Of a DNA stretch of 33,149 nt, positions 17,230 through 26,132 are shown piece by piece. The translations under genes were made by a program, and so were the position numbers. The notes under the pieces are model-generated. The model was not told the DNA's origin and ran no database searches. It worked only from the letters and a program-made list of their open reading frames with translations. Each line of letters begins with the position of its first letter. The stretch's first letter is position 1. Location: assembly GCA_964508215.1 (NCBI GenBank), contig CAZDSI010000011.1:1-33149 (forward strand), in the 5' to 3' direction. Origin of the DNA: an uncultured Opitutales bacterium (GTDB lineage Bacteria > Verrucomicrobiota > Verrucomicrobiia > Opitutales > UBA9783).

Positions 17230-18164
17230 TCAGGTAATTGGCTTTAACCCGAGTTTTCGAAGCAGCATGTGGTCGTCAACCGGCGAACAGTTTTTGGCCG
17301 TCAAAAGCTTTTGCCCGATTGCAATGCCATTGGCACCAACTAGAAAACAAAGCGCCTGCATTTCTTCGGACATGGTACTTCGTCCTGCTGGAATATGCAG
17401 GGTACTTTGAGGTAAAAAGATTCTGGTCGTTGCGATTAAGCGGATGATTTCGTCCCAAGTTGGTGATGGAGTATTTTGAAGTGGAGTTCCCTCCATAGGA
17501 ATCAAATATTAATTGGAACGACTTCAGGCTTATGATCCATTGAAGCCAGAGCAAGTAACCATTCAAGGCGATCAGAAACAGATTCGCCCGTTCCTAAAAT
17601 GCCCCCACAGCAAATTTTAAGTCCTGCTTGATGCGCAACTTTTGCTGTTTCTAACCGCTCTTCCCATCGGTGCGTTGTTACAATTTTTGGATAGAAAGAG
17701 CGAGAGCTCTCAATATTATGATTGTAGATTTCGCACCCAGCAGATTTCAAACCTCGTGCTTCTTTTTCGGACAAAAACCCTAGGGTACAACATACTTTTA
17801 GGCCAACACTCTTAACCGCGTTAATGGCTTCAAGGATTTTTTCCCAAGCGTTTTTGTTGGGTACTCGACGCCAAGCAGCGCCCAAACAAAACCGGGTTGC
17901 GCCCATTATTTTTGCTTCTTGTGCTTGGTCGATAATTTTCTCAAGAGGCAGAAAGGGGGTGATTGCAACGTTTGTATTGTAATGGCCCGATTGTGTACAA
18001 AAAGCGCAATCTTCGGAGCATTTGCCGCTCTTAATTGAGCATAATCGACTCAATTGAATCTTACCTTCTGGCCAAAACTGATGATGTACATTTGCGGCCA
18101 TTAAGATAAGTTCTAATAGAGGAAGATCATAAACAGCTTTTAGCTCTTCATATGTTACGGTCAT
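17230..18164 (-). pseudogene. bioB: Biotin synthase split by a 1-nt deletion (true pseudogene or sequencing error)
   Basis: Radical SAM CSEDCAFC, RFCLGAAWR, YNHN, CCGGILG and VPIN in ORF 17502-18164, continuing as LIPMEGTPL...AGR...GANG...KLLT in ORF 17230-17505. Adding one T to AAT ATT TGA (run at 17504-17506) gives AAT ATT TTG ATT and a 311-aa protein. Confidence 0.95.
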
Positions 18165-18266
18165 AAAGGACGCTTATACTAAAAGCACTAACTTGTATAT
18201 TAAAATTAAATATAATGAAAAAAGGAACCGACGGATTTTAAAAAAGACCTCAAAATTTTTTAAAAT

Positions 18267-18728
18267 TTATACCCAACGTTTGCATAAATAAATCGTATTG
18301 AGTTTACGTTTTAATTGTTTTGGGATCCATTGAGAGAGTATTTCGGGTAGAATTTTGGCTTCGGAAAGTTTTTCAAGAGGTTCCCAACGAAAGAAAAGTT
18401 TTTCTTCTTTCGAAATGACAGGGTGGAGATAATTAAAATCTTCGTGACAAGCTAAGAAAATTAGGTTGTATTCATGGTTGTGGCATTTTTGTTGTCCATC
18501 AAAACGGTATTCTAAGCAGCCTAGGAAACGCCCAATACGACAATCGTAACCAATTTCTTCAATCAATTCACGGTGTAAGGCTGATCGAGCATCTTCGTTT
18601 ACCTCTACGTGGCCTCCCGGCAGATAAGTATATTCACGTTTTGGATTTTGTGTATAGGCCAGCAAAATATAATTGTGACTCAGTATAACGGCTCGACTTA
18701 AAATATGGATTGGAAGTGTTGTATTCAT
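18267..18728 (-). CDS. Nudix hydrolase 2
   Basis: Box GHVEVNEDARSALHRELIEEIGY; ATG at 18728 overlaps the upstream TGA (ATGA), so preferred to the longer ORF start. Confidence 0.9.
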   Translation of the reverse strand: MNTTLPIHILSRAVILSHNYILLAYTQNPKREYTYLPGGHVEVNEDARSALHRELIEEIGYDCRIGRFLGCLEYRFDGQQKCHNHEYNLIFLACHEDFNYLHPVISKEEKLFFRWEPLEKLSEAKILPEILSQWIPKQLKRKLNTIYLCKRWV

Positions 18729-19297
18729 TTGTTTTTTCCTACGTAAGAAATTTTCCACCGGTTATTGTGGGGAACTTGGACTGGGCTAAAAAAAACTGGT
18801 CTTGCATTTTCAAGTTGCCACATGTCATGCCCTAATAAATCCAATAGAGCGAAAAATATACCGCCATGTGATACGATAAGCAAGGTATTGTTTGTGTTTG
18901 ATAATAGAGTATCTATGGTATTTAGAACGCGTTTTCGAAACCTTTCGTAAGATTCAGCTTTGGTTGGTGTTTTGCCGGATTTCCAAATTTCGAGGTTAAA
19001 TTTTTCGTTTCGGATTTCGCCATCCATAATTACCCAACTTGCTTCTTTTAACCCGTTAATAGGCTCAAGGCTCACTTTTAACTTTGTGTTGATAATTTTG
19101 GCTGTTTTTAAAGCACGTTTTAAGGGACTTGTATAAATATGTTGAATCGAAAGAGACGCTAGTTCCATAGCGGCCTGGTTAGCTTGTTCGACGCCCTGTT
19201 GATTTAGCGGAATGTCTATTTGTCCCATGGCCCGATGTTCGACGTTCCAATCGGTTTGTCCATGCCGAATAAAGTAAAAAGGGCGGGGGGATAGCAT
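18725..19297 (-). CDS. Histidine phosphatase (phosphoglycerate-mutase-like family)
   Basis: FIRHGQTDWN, TSPLKRALKTA, LKEASW and VSHGG. Confidence 0.92.
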   Translation of the reverse strand: MLSPRPFYFIRHGQTDWNVEHRAMGQIDIPLNQQGVEQANQAAMELASLSIQHIYTSPLKRALKTAKIINTKLKVSLEPINGLKEASWVIMDGEIRNEKFNLEIWKSGKTPTKAESYERFRKRVLNTIDTLLSNTNNTLLIVSHGGIFFALLDLLGHDMWQLENARPVFFSPVQVPHNNRWKISYVGKNK

Positions 19298-19344
19298 ACG
19301 TATATTCTTTACCTTGATTAAAACATCCGATCAACTGTTGAATA

Positions 19345-19779
19345 ATGAAAAATTTTGTCGGTTGTCTAATGCTTAAAAACACGGAAGTACTCATGTTATT
19401 GCGTAAGGGGACGGGGATCCATGATGGTACCTGGTGCTTACCGGGTGGAAAAGTTGAAGAAGATGAAAGCCCTATGACCGCTGCGCTAAGAGAATTGGAT
19501 GAAGAAATTGGTATTATCCCAGCAGAAATTAAATTTTCGAGCACCATTTTTTTAAAAGATCCTTCTGTTCGGTTCCCGGGAAAGTATTTTACAGGGCTTG
19601 GTCTATTTTTCGTCATAGAAAAGTGGAATTCATCTATCGTTAATAAAGAACCTCATAAACACGAAAAAATACAGTTTTTTGATTTAAAGCGCCTTCCAAA
19701 CCCGCTAATGCCGCCGATTGGAATGGTGGTAAACAATTACTTGAATAGCCAAAGCTATGGCGAATGCCTTATTGATTAG
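19345..19779 (+). CDS. Nudix hydrolase 3 (MutT-like size)
   Basis: WCLPGGKVEEDESPMTAALRELDEEIGI; NKEPHKH motif near the C-terminus. Confidence 0.9.
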   Translation: MKNFVGCLMLKNTEVLMLLRKGTGIHDGTWCLPGGKVEEDESPMTAALRELDEEIGIIPAEIKFSSTIFLKDPSVRFPGKYFTGLGLFFVIEKWNSSIVNKEPHKHEKIQFFDLKRLPNPLMPPIGMVVNNYLNSQSYGECLID

Positions 19780-19848
19780 TGTTGTAATTGTTGAGTAGAT
19801 TTATCGCTAAACAGTTTGAGCATAAAAATATTCATGCTTTTAAGTAAA

Positions 19849-20457
19849 CTAACCTTTGGCCGAGCTATAAGAAGGATTTCCTTTGGCAGAAAATCTATTC
19901 GGTAAAAAACTGAGACTTAAATATCTTTTCAGAAAAAATAACCCGCCAATGGTAATACAATGGTCTATGGCACCGTTTTGGATTAATTTTTCAAGCTCAT
20001 TGAACGGAATCAATTGGGTCTGTAGTTCTTCATACATATCCCAATGTGTTTTGCCGGTTGCTTCGCAATCTTTAAATAAAATGTAATGGACCTTGTTTGT
20101 TTGTAAAGCAGGATTGGGGTAGCAGGATGCTAATACGAGGGGGTTGCGTCCAATAAAACCCGTTTCTTCTTGAAGTTCACGCATTGCGCCAACAGTTGGG
20201 TCTTCTCCGGGTTCTAGAATCCCTCCGGGAGCTTCTAAACAGATAGTTTGGCTTCCAATCCTAAACTGCTTTACCATAATTAGTTCGTGGTTTGGTGTTA
20301 TGGCTAATGCTTGCACCCAGTCGGGACTTTTCATTACAAAAAAATTACCCTTACGTCCATCGGGATGCTTTGCTTCGCGTTCGCATACTTCACAAATGTG
20401 GTAGCGAGCCATTACCTTGTCTGAAAGAATTTCCCAATTTTGAGGTGCTGATTTCAT
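19849..20457 (-). CDS. Nudix hydrolase 4 (ADP-ribose pyrophosphatase/NudF-like)
   Basis: VKQFR, LEAPGGILEPGEDPTVGAMRELQEETGF, YPNPA and a C-terminal DxxE-like DMYE segment typical of ADPRases. Confidence 0.85.
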   Translation of the reverse strand: MKSAPQNWEILSDKVMARYHICEVCEREAKHPDGRKGNFFVMKSPDWVQALAITPNHELIMVKQFRIGSQTICLEAPGGILEPGEDPTVGAMRELQEETGFIGRNPLVLASCYPNPALQTNKVHYILFKDCEATGKTHWDMYEELQTQLIPFNELEKLIQNGAIDHCITIGGLFFLKRYLSLSFLPNRFSAKGNPSYSSAKG

Positions 20458-20963
20458 GGTTCCGAAGGGATAAAAAGGATTTGTCCAGGGTAAAGTTTAT
20501 TGGGATCGACGCGGTTGTTATGTTTTCTTAAGTTTTCAAGTTGGATATGGTGCTTATGAGCGATCGTTGACAGAGTATCGCCTTTCTGCACGGCATATTT
20601 TTTTAAAATAGAAGCTTTTATCGAATTGGGCGCCGTAATAGGATATGCTGATTTTTGTAATCTTGTTTGGATGTTCTCAAGCGCTAATTGTAAGGTATTA
20701 ATACGCTTGTCTAGCTGTTCAACAATGCCCTGTAGACGCTCTTCTTGATTTAGGACCTTATCGTTCAGTAACGACAAATAATCCTGTAGAGATGCAAAAT
20801 CGGAAACACTTATCCATTTTTTTAGCTGCTCAATAGGCCCTTCAACATTTGCCAAACGCCTCTTTTGTTGCCATAATAACCCCAATGTAAGGGCATGAAG
20901 AAAAATCACAACACCAATAACTCCTGCAAGGAGTTTTTTTAAAGGCCATTTTTCAACATTCAT
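20454..20963 (-). CDS. Membrane-anchored coiled-coil protein with C-terminal LysM domain
   Basis: N-terminal TM, heptad-rich middle and YAVQKGDTLSTIAHKH...LYPGQILFIP; ATGA overlap with Nudix 4. Confidence 0.9.
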   Translation of the reverse strand: MNVEKWPLKKLLAGVIGVVIFLHALTLGLLWQQKRRLANVEGPIEQLKKWISVSDFASLQDYLSLLNDKVLNQEERLQGIVEQLDKRINTLQLALENIQTRLQKSAYPITAPNSIKASILKKYAVQKGDTLSTIAHKHHIQLENLRKHNNRVDPNKLYPGQILFIPSEP

Positions 20964-21283
20964 ACCCTATTATATTAACTCGCTTGCAAAAGTAAATATA
21001 TTTATAGGTGCAAGCAACGCTTTTTTACGGTTTCACGCGAAATTTAAATTACCAAAAATTTTTACCTGTTAAGCTTGCGAAAATTTAACGACAAAATTTT
21101 TAATTTAAGTGATTCATTGCAAAGGCAAGAAGGGTTTTTTAAGACTAGGTAGTTTCTTTTGCGGAAGGTTTTTTCTATTTGACTTTCAAATGGGTTTCTC
21201 AAATCATCCCTGTTTTAGGAAATGCTTGTTGAAAGTCCGATAAGTTTTTATTGAGAATAGGCTAAATTGAAAAAAGTTAAGCT

Positions 21284-23827
21284 ATGAAAGAACTCGTTTC
21301 CGACCCTTCGGTGACCCCCATGATGCGGCAATATTTAAATATTCAACAAAAATTGTCATCAGATACCTTGCTTTTTTTTCGTTTAGGGGATTTTTATGAA
21401 ATGTTCCATAGGGATGCCGAGGAAGGCGCACGACTTTTAGGGCTTACATTGACCCATCGAAATGGCATACCGATGGCCGGAGTACCTTATCATGCGGCAC
21501 AGTCTTATATTGATAAGCTCTTAAAAGCGGGTAAAAAAGTGGCAATTTGCGATCAAATGGAAAGCCCGCAGCCAGGTAAAAAGCTGGTAGATCGTTCCTT
21601 AACACGCATTATTAGTCCTGGTACGGTTTTAGAGGATGCTCAGTTGGTGGCCAAAACAAACCATTACATTGCCTGCTTGGAAATACGTTTGCCTTATTTA
21701 TGTGCGGCGTGGCTTGATTTATCCACGGGAGAATTTAAAATTTCCTATGAAAAGAATTTTGAAGATGTTCTCGCTTTATTGGCCGCTTTGAACCCCAAGG
21801 AAATCATTTTGTCGGAAACGTTTAATCAAACGGTAGAGGCCTCTGATCTAAAGGCATCATTTTTAAGTTTTTTGGCGGGGAAAGTGTTATCAAAAATGCC
21901 TTCTTATGCCTTTGAAACATCTACCAGTTATGGACAGATTCGTGAAGTTTTGAACGTGCACACACTGGATGGTTTTGGAATCATGGAAAATTGTCCGGCT
22001 CTAGGCGTTGCCGGAGCATTGCTGCAGTATGTAACACAAAATTTATGCCGAAAGCCTCAAAACGTACGAGGTATTGTGCTTCATCAATGCAGAAATGCTT
22101 TATTGCTAAACCCTTCGACGCTGCAGCATCTGGAAATTTTTAGCACTTTACAGGGTAATCGAGAAGGTTCTCTCTTGAATGTTTTGGATCAGACGGTTAC
22201 CGCTGCCGGTGGTCGTTTAGTTGAGCAGTTTTTAACACAACCTTTGTTGAGCGTGAAAGGTATAAATACACGTCAAGACATTGTAAGAGCTTTTGTTCAA
22301 GAGCCCTCTCTCTCGCGTTCTTTGCAACAAAATTTAGCGAATACACGTGATATTTTACGGTTGTTAAGTCGCTTGCAAAACCGTGGACAAAATCCTCGTG
22401 AGTTGGGCGGTATTTTAAATACTCTAACGGTATTGCCCGGGATAAAAAAAGATCTGACAAATTTTGAAGCAGCAGAAGTGCGGGCACTTAATCGGCGGGT
22501 AGACCTTTGTGAGGATCTTTATCAATTGTTAAAAAAAGCGCTTAAGGAAGAGTTACCGAACGACCTAAGCGAAGGTGGGTATATACGACCGGGATACGAC
22601 GAGAAATTAGATTATTTAAAAAACCTAACGTCTTCAAACCGAACGTGGTTGACCGAGCTTGAACGTAGCGAACAGGAAAAAACCGGTATTCGCAATTTAA
22701 AAATTCGTTACAGCCAAACTTTTGGCTACTTTATTGAAGTGACCAAATCACAGCTGTCTTTGGTGCCTTGCCGTTACATTCGCAAGCAAACAACAACGAA
22801 TGCGGAACGTTATTATACCGAAGAACTGAAAACAAAAGAACAGGAGATTTTGCAAGCCGAAACACGGGCTATTGATCGCGAAAAGGAAATTTTCTTTCAT
22901 TTGGTAAACGAGGTCTTAAAGGTTTCCGAGCCTTTGAAAGAAACGGCTTTAGCTTTAGCCGAAATCGATGTTTTTATTGGGTGGAGCCGTTTGGCGCGTG
23001 AAAATTCCTACACCTGTCCTGTTGTGGATGAAAGCGAAAGAATCGAGATTCAGCAAGGACGTCATCCCGTTGTTGAACAGGTACTGAGACGTTCCGGTTT
23101 TAATTCTGCATTTGTGGCCAACGATACTGTATTGGATACCGGACAGGAGCAAATTTTGTTGATTACAGGGCCAAATATGGCGGGTAAATCGACTTACATT
23201 CGTCAGGTTGCTTTAATCGTTTTGATGGCCCAAGTTGGTTGTTGGGTTCCGGCTAAGGCTTGCCGTATTGGGCTTGTTGATCGCATCTTTTCACGCATTG
23301 GTGCCAGCGATGATTTATCACGTGGCCAATCAACCTTCATGGTCGAAATGACCGAAACGGCCAATATTCTCAACAACGCAACAAACAAAAGCTTGGTTAT
23401 TTTGGATGAAATTGGCCGTGGAACAAGCACCTACGACGGATTGAGTATTGCTTGGGCAGTTGTTGAACATTTGCACGGAAAGGAAAATGGTCCGCGTACT
23501 TTGTTCGCAACCCACTACCACGAGCTTACGCAGCTCGAAAAGTTATTGCCTCGCGTGGTGAATTATTCGGTGGTCGTTAAGGAATGGAATGAAGAGATTA
23601 TTTTTGTTCATCAAATTATTCGAGGTGCCGCAAGCCGTTCTTATGGTATTCAAGTTGCCAAACTGGCGGGATTACCACCCACTGTTGTGGAGCGCGCAAA
23701 AAACATTCTAGAAGAGCTCGAAAGCGAAGGAAAAACATTACAAAAGGCTTTAAAGGGTACTAACTTTGACCATAAGCAAAAACCTTCCATGCCGCAGTTG
23801 CGGCTTTTTGCAATAGAAGATGAATAA
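21284..23827 (+). CDS. mutS: DNA mismatch repair protein MutS
   Basis: TPMMRQY, GDFYEMF, Walker A GPNMAGKST, STFMVEM, DEIGRGTST, FATHYHEL and SYGIQVAKLAGLP. Confidence 0.99.
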   Translation: MKELVSDPSVTPMMRQYLNIQQKLSSDTLLFFRLGDFYEMFHRDAEEGARLLGLTLTHRNGIPMAGVPYHAAQSYIDKLLKAGKKVAICDQMESPQPGKKLVDRSLTRIISPGTVLEDAQLVAKTNHYIACLEIRLPYLCAAWLDLSTGEFKISYEKNFEDVLALLAALNPKEIILSETFNQTVEASDLKASFLSFLAGKVLSKMPSYAFETSTSYGQIREVLNVHTLDGFGIMENCPALGVAGALLQYVTQNLCRKPQNVRGIVLHQCRNALLLNPSTLQHLEIFSTLQGNREGSLLNVLDQTVTAAGGRLVEQFLTQPLLSVKGINTRQDIVRAFVQEPSLSRSLQQNLANTRDILRLLSRLQNRGQNPRELGGILNTLTVLPGIKKDLTNFEAAEVRALNRRVDLCEDLYQLLKKALKEELPNDLSEGGYIRPGYDEKLDYLKNLTSSNRTWLTELERSEQEKTGIRNLKIRYSQTFGYFIEVTKSQLSLVPCRYIRKQTTTNAERYYTEELKTKEQEILQAETRAIDREKEIFFHLVNEVLKVSEPLKETALALAEIDVFIGWSRLARENSYTCPVVDESERIEIQQGRHPVVEQVLRRSGFNSAFVANDTVLDTGQEQILLITGPNMAGKSTYIRQVALIVLMAQVGCWVPAKACRIGLVDRIFSRIGASDDLSRGQSTFMVEMTETANILNNATNKSLVILDEIGRGTSTYDGLSIAWAVVEHLHGKENGPRTLFATHYHELTQLEKLLPRVVNYSVVVKEWNEEIIFVHQIIRGAASRSYGIQVAKLAGLPPTVVERAKNILEELESEGKTLQKALKGTNFDHKQKPSMPQLRLFAIEDE

Positions 23828-24229
23828 GATAACCCACCTTACCTTAGGCTTTGTGGCACCGATATTGCGCATTTTAGACAAGGGCATAAGAAGAAAGAGG
23901 TTCTGTTGCTTGCCATCTTATTTATCGAAAGTCGTTTTTATGGTTCTTCTGCTAGCTTACTTATAAGCTAAGCAATCTGCTTTAAACAAGGACGGTATCT
24001 ATAGAAACTTTTCTTGTCGTTTTCAGCCGTTACTAAAAGCCTATATTTTGTAGACAAACTTCTTCTCGTTTTAAATATGCCGTCAACACCCGGTTTGACA
24101 CTCCGAATAAGAACTGTTTTCTAATTTTTTCAGAGCCTGTTATCTAAGCGAATTGGTGTTAGTTCCATATTTTTTGCTCACAAGGTTTATAATCGTATGG
24201 GTTTTTTAGTGTGTTAAAACTAATTTATT

Positions 24230-24628
24230 TTACTTTTTAGGGTATTTTTTAGAATGTTCCAAATAGTATTTTGCCAGCGGGGAATCCTCTTCAACTTGAA
24301 CAAAATCTACGGCGATGGCTTCCTCAAAGCCTCCTTTTTGATTATATTTTTCGATTCTTTTCCGTTCGATAGATTCAAAAGGAAGGCTCTGGGTTTTTGC
24401 AATTCCGTGTATGACTTCTAAGCAATCTGCTAGCTCTTCGACCAAATTTTCTTGGCTATCGGCATCAAAAACTTCCTTTGATTCTTCGAGCAATTTTTCT
24501 TTGAAGTAGTGAAGGATTTTTTCGTCGGTTAGGTCTTTAATCAAGGTTACTTTCGCTCCTGTGTCCAACAGCATCTTGTACACTTTATCACGAATAATTT
24601 TATTAAAAAGAAAAGATTTTAAGGCCAT
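24230..24628 (-). CDS. MazG-like / phosphoribosyl-ATP-pyrophosphohydrolase-like NTP pyrophosphohydrolase
   Basis: FNKIIRDK, KLLEESKEV, EELADCLEV and KGGFEE follow the all-alpha NTP-PPase EExxE...ExxD pattern; ATG at 24628 preferred. Confidence 0.85.
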   Translation of the reverse strand: MALKSFLFNKIIRDKVYKMLLDTGAKVTLIKDLTDEKILHYFKEKLLEESKEVFDADSQENLVEELADCLEVIHGIAKTQSLPFESIERKRIEKYNQKGGFEEAIAVDFVQVEEDSPLAKYYLEHSKKYPKK

Positions 24629-24737
24629 TGCTTTTGGGTAACAGAAACTCTTGGGGCATGAAAGAAAATTTTTATGTTCAAAACAAGAAAGCCTCGCCAT
24701 GGTTTTGCGAGGCTTCATAACTTGTAATTTAAAATAT

Positions 24738-26057
24738 TTAGAAGCAGTAGCACATTCCTAATTCAACTCGATTATTTTTATCTCTACGTTCGATACCCTT
24801 ATAGGATATTTTCATATGTGATACTTCTAGTCCGACCCAGAAAGATTCCGTCCATAAATACTTTAAATTTGTAAAATAATTTTCATTTTTTTTGCGACTT
24901 GCCCCCGGTGGATTAGCCGTGTTGTAATTGTTTAAGTCGCTATCTTTTGTTGTATCGATGCCGTAGCCCAAATTCCATTCCCATTTTTTTACTGGAGTAA
25001 ACGTTAATTGTGCGAATCCACCCTGTGTGCGAATAGCCTTGCGTAGTGTGGTATTTACCCCTTGTCCGATGCCACCGTCGTACATGCTCAGATTTGCTCC
25101 TGTGAAAGCCGATAGTGTAAAGGCAACGTATTGAGTAACCGGTACATTCATTGCCGCGTTGATGCCCCATACCTTATAGCGTTCCGAAAGTGTACCGCTA
25201 CCGTTAAGCGCTACTTTTTCTCGGCCCAACACTCCTGAAAAGCTAAATTTACTTTCTTTTTCACAAAAAACTGGTGATAGATAGGCTAAATTATATTGAA
25301 GATGTGGCGTACCGCTATGCGAATGTTCGGGCCGCGATATAGCACTTTCAATTAAAAACGACCGTGATTTTTCAATTTCTATGGTTTTGCTTACTTTTGC
25401 TTGAAAATGGCGATTACCAATCACACCGCTTTGTGCTAGCCCGTTAAAGTTCAAGACTGCCGGGGTAATATTGCCAATAAGGTCGGCTGTTTGTCCAACG
25501 AGTATTCCACAGGTGTCATATTTACATTCAATATATCCATGACGTAATCGAGGCTTTAAACTGCCATGGCTAATTTCTGAATCGCCCCAAAAATCACCTT
25601 CAATGACGCCACCGGTTTGCCAACTGGAAATTTCGGGACCTGAGATTTTAACACCCAATCGTGTTGCCTTTACGGTGCCACTAAATTGCGAGGAATCGTC
25701 TGAATTACCGGACTGAGGAACGGGATAAGTAGGACCATCCTTATCGTTGGTTTGTTTAGAATCGTAGGAAGCTTGGCCATAAACGAAACCGTAAAGCTCC
25801 ATGTTTAGGTTAGCGAGTATGGGCTTTTTGGCATTGGGGAAAGTTTCTGCTAATTTTTTTTCTTCGGCTTGGGTAATGGATGTTGTATTTGATTCTGCTA
25901 AACGCTTTTCGAGATAATCAATGCGTTGCCGTAATTCGGCCAACTCTTTTTTTATTGTGGCATCATAGTCTGGTTCCGCGAAAGTATAATTTGTGAAATA
26001 CATTATACCCCATAACGCTATTACCATTAAAGCGTTTCGATTAATTGTGTCCCGCAT
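24738..26057 (-). CDS. DcaP-like outer-membrane porin with periplasmic coiled coil
   Basis: Signal region, coiled coil (ELAELRQRIDYLEKRL), YGFVYGQASYD, TRLG, IEGDF, RLRHGY, LVGQT and C-terminal Phe. Confidence 0.75.
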   Translation of the reverse strand: MRDTINRNALMVIALWGIMYFTNYTFAEPDYDATIKKELAELRQRIDYLEKRLAESNTTSITQAEEKKLAETFPNAKKPILANLNMELYGFVYGQASYDSKQTNDKDGPTYPVPQSGNSDDSSQFSGTVKATRLGVKISGPEISSWQTGGVIEGDFWGDSEISHGSLKPRLRHGYIECKYDTCGILVGQTADLIGNITPAVLNFNGLAQSGVIGNRHFQAKVSKTIEIEKSRSFLIESAISRPEHSHSGTPHLQYNLAYLSPVFCEKESKFSFSGVLGREKVALNGSGTLSERYKVWGINAAMNVPVTQYVAFTLSAFTGANLSMYDGGIGQGVNTTLRKAIRTQGGFAQLTFTPVKKWEWNLGYGIDTTKDSDLNNYNTANPPGASRKKNENYFTNLKYLWTESFWVGLEVSHMKISYKGIERRDKNNRVELGMCYCF

Positions 26058-26132
26058 GTTGCGTATCCTAAAGATAGGCTAATTTTCTGTCAAGACGACA
26101 GTAGCTTTTATGCCCAATAAAAGAGAAACGGG

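Noticed and set aside
17495-17510. Programmed ribosomal frameshift or transcriptional slippage as an explanation for the bioB and comEC splits
   Set aside because: Runs are only 3-4 nt, with no X XXY YYZ heptamer or obvious stimulatory structure.
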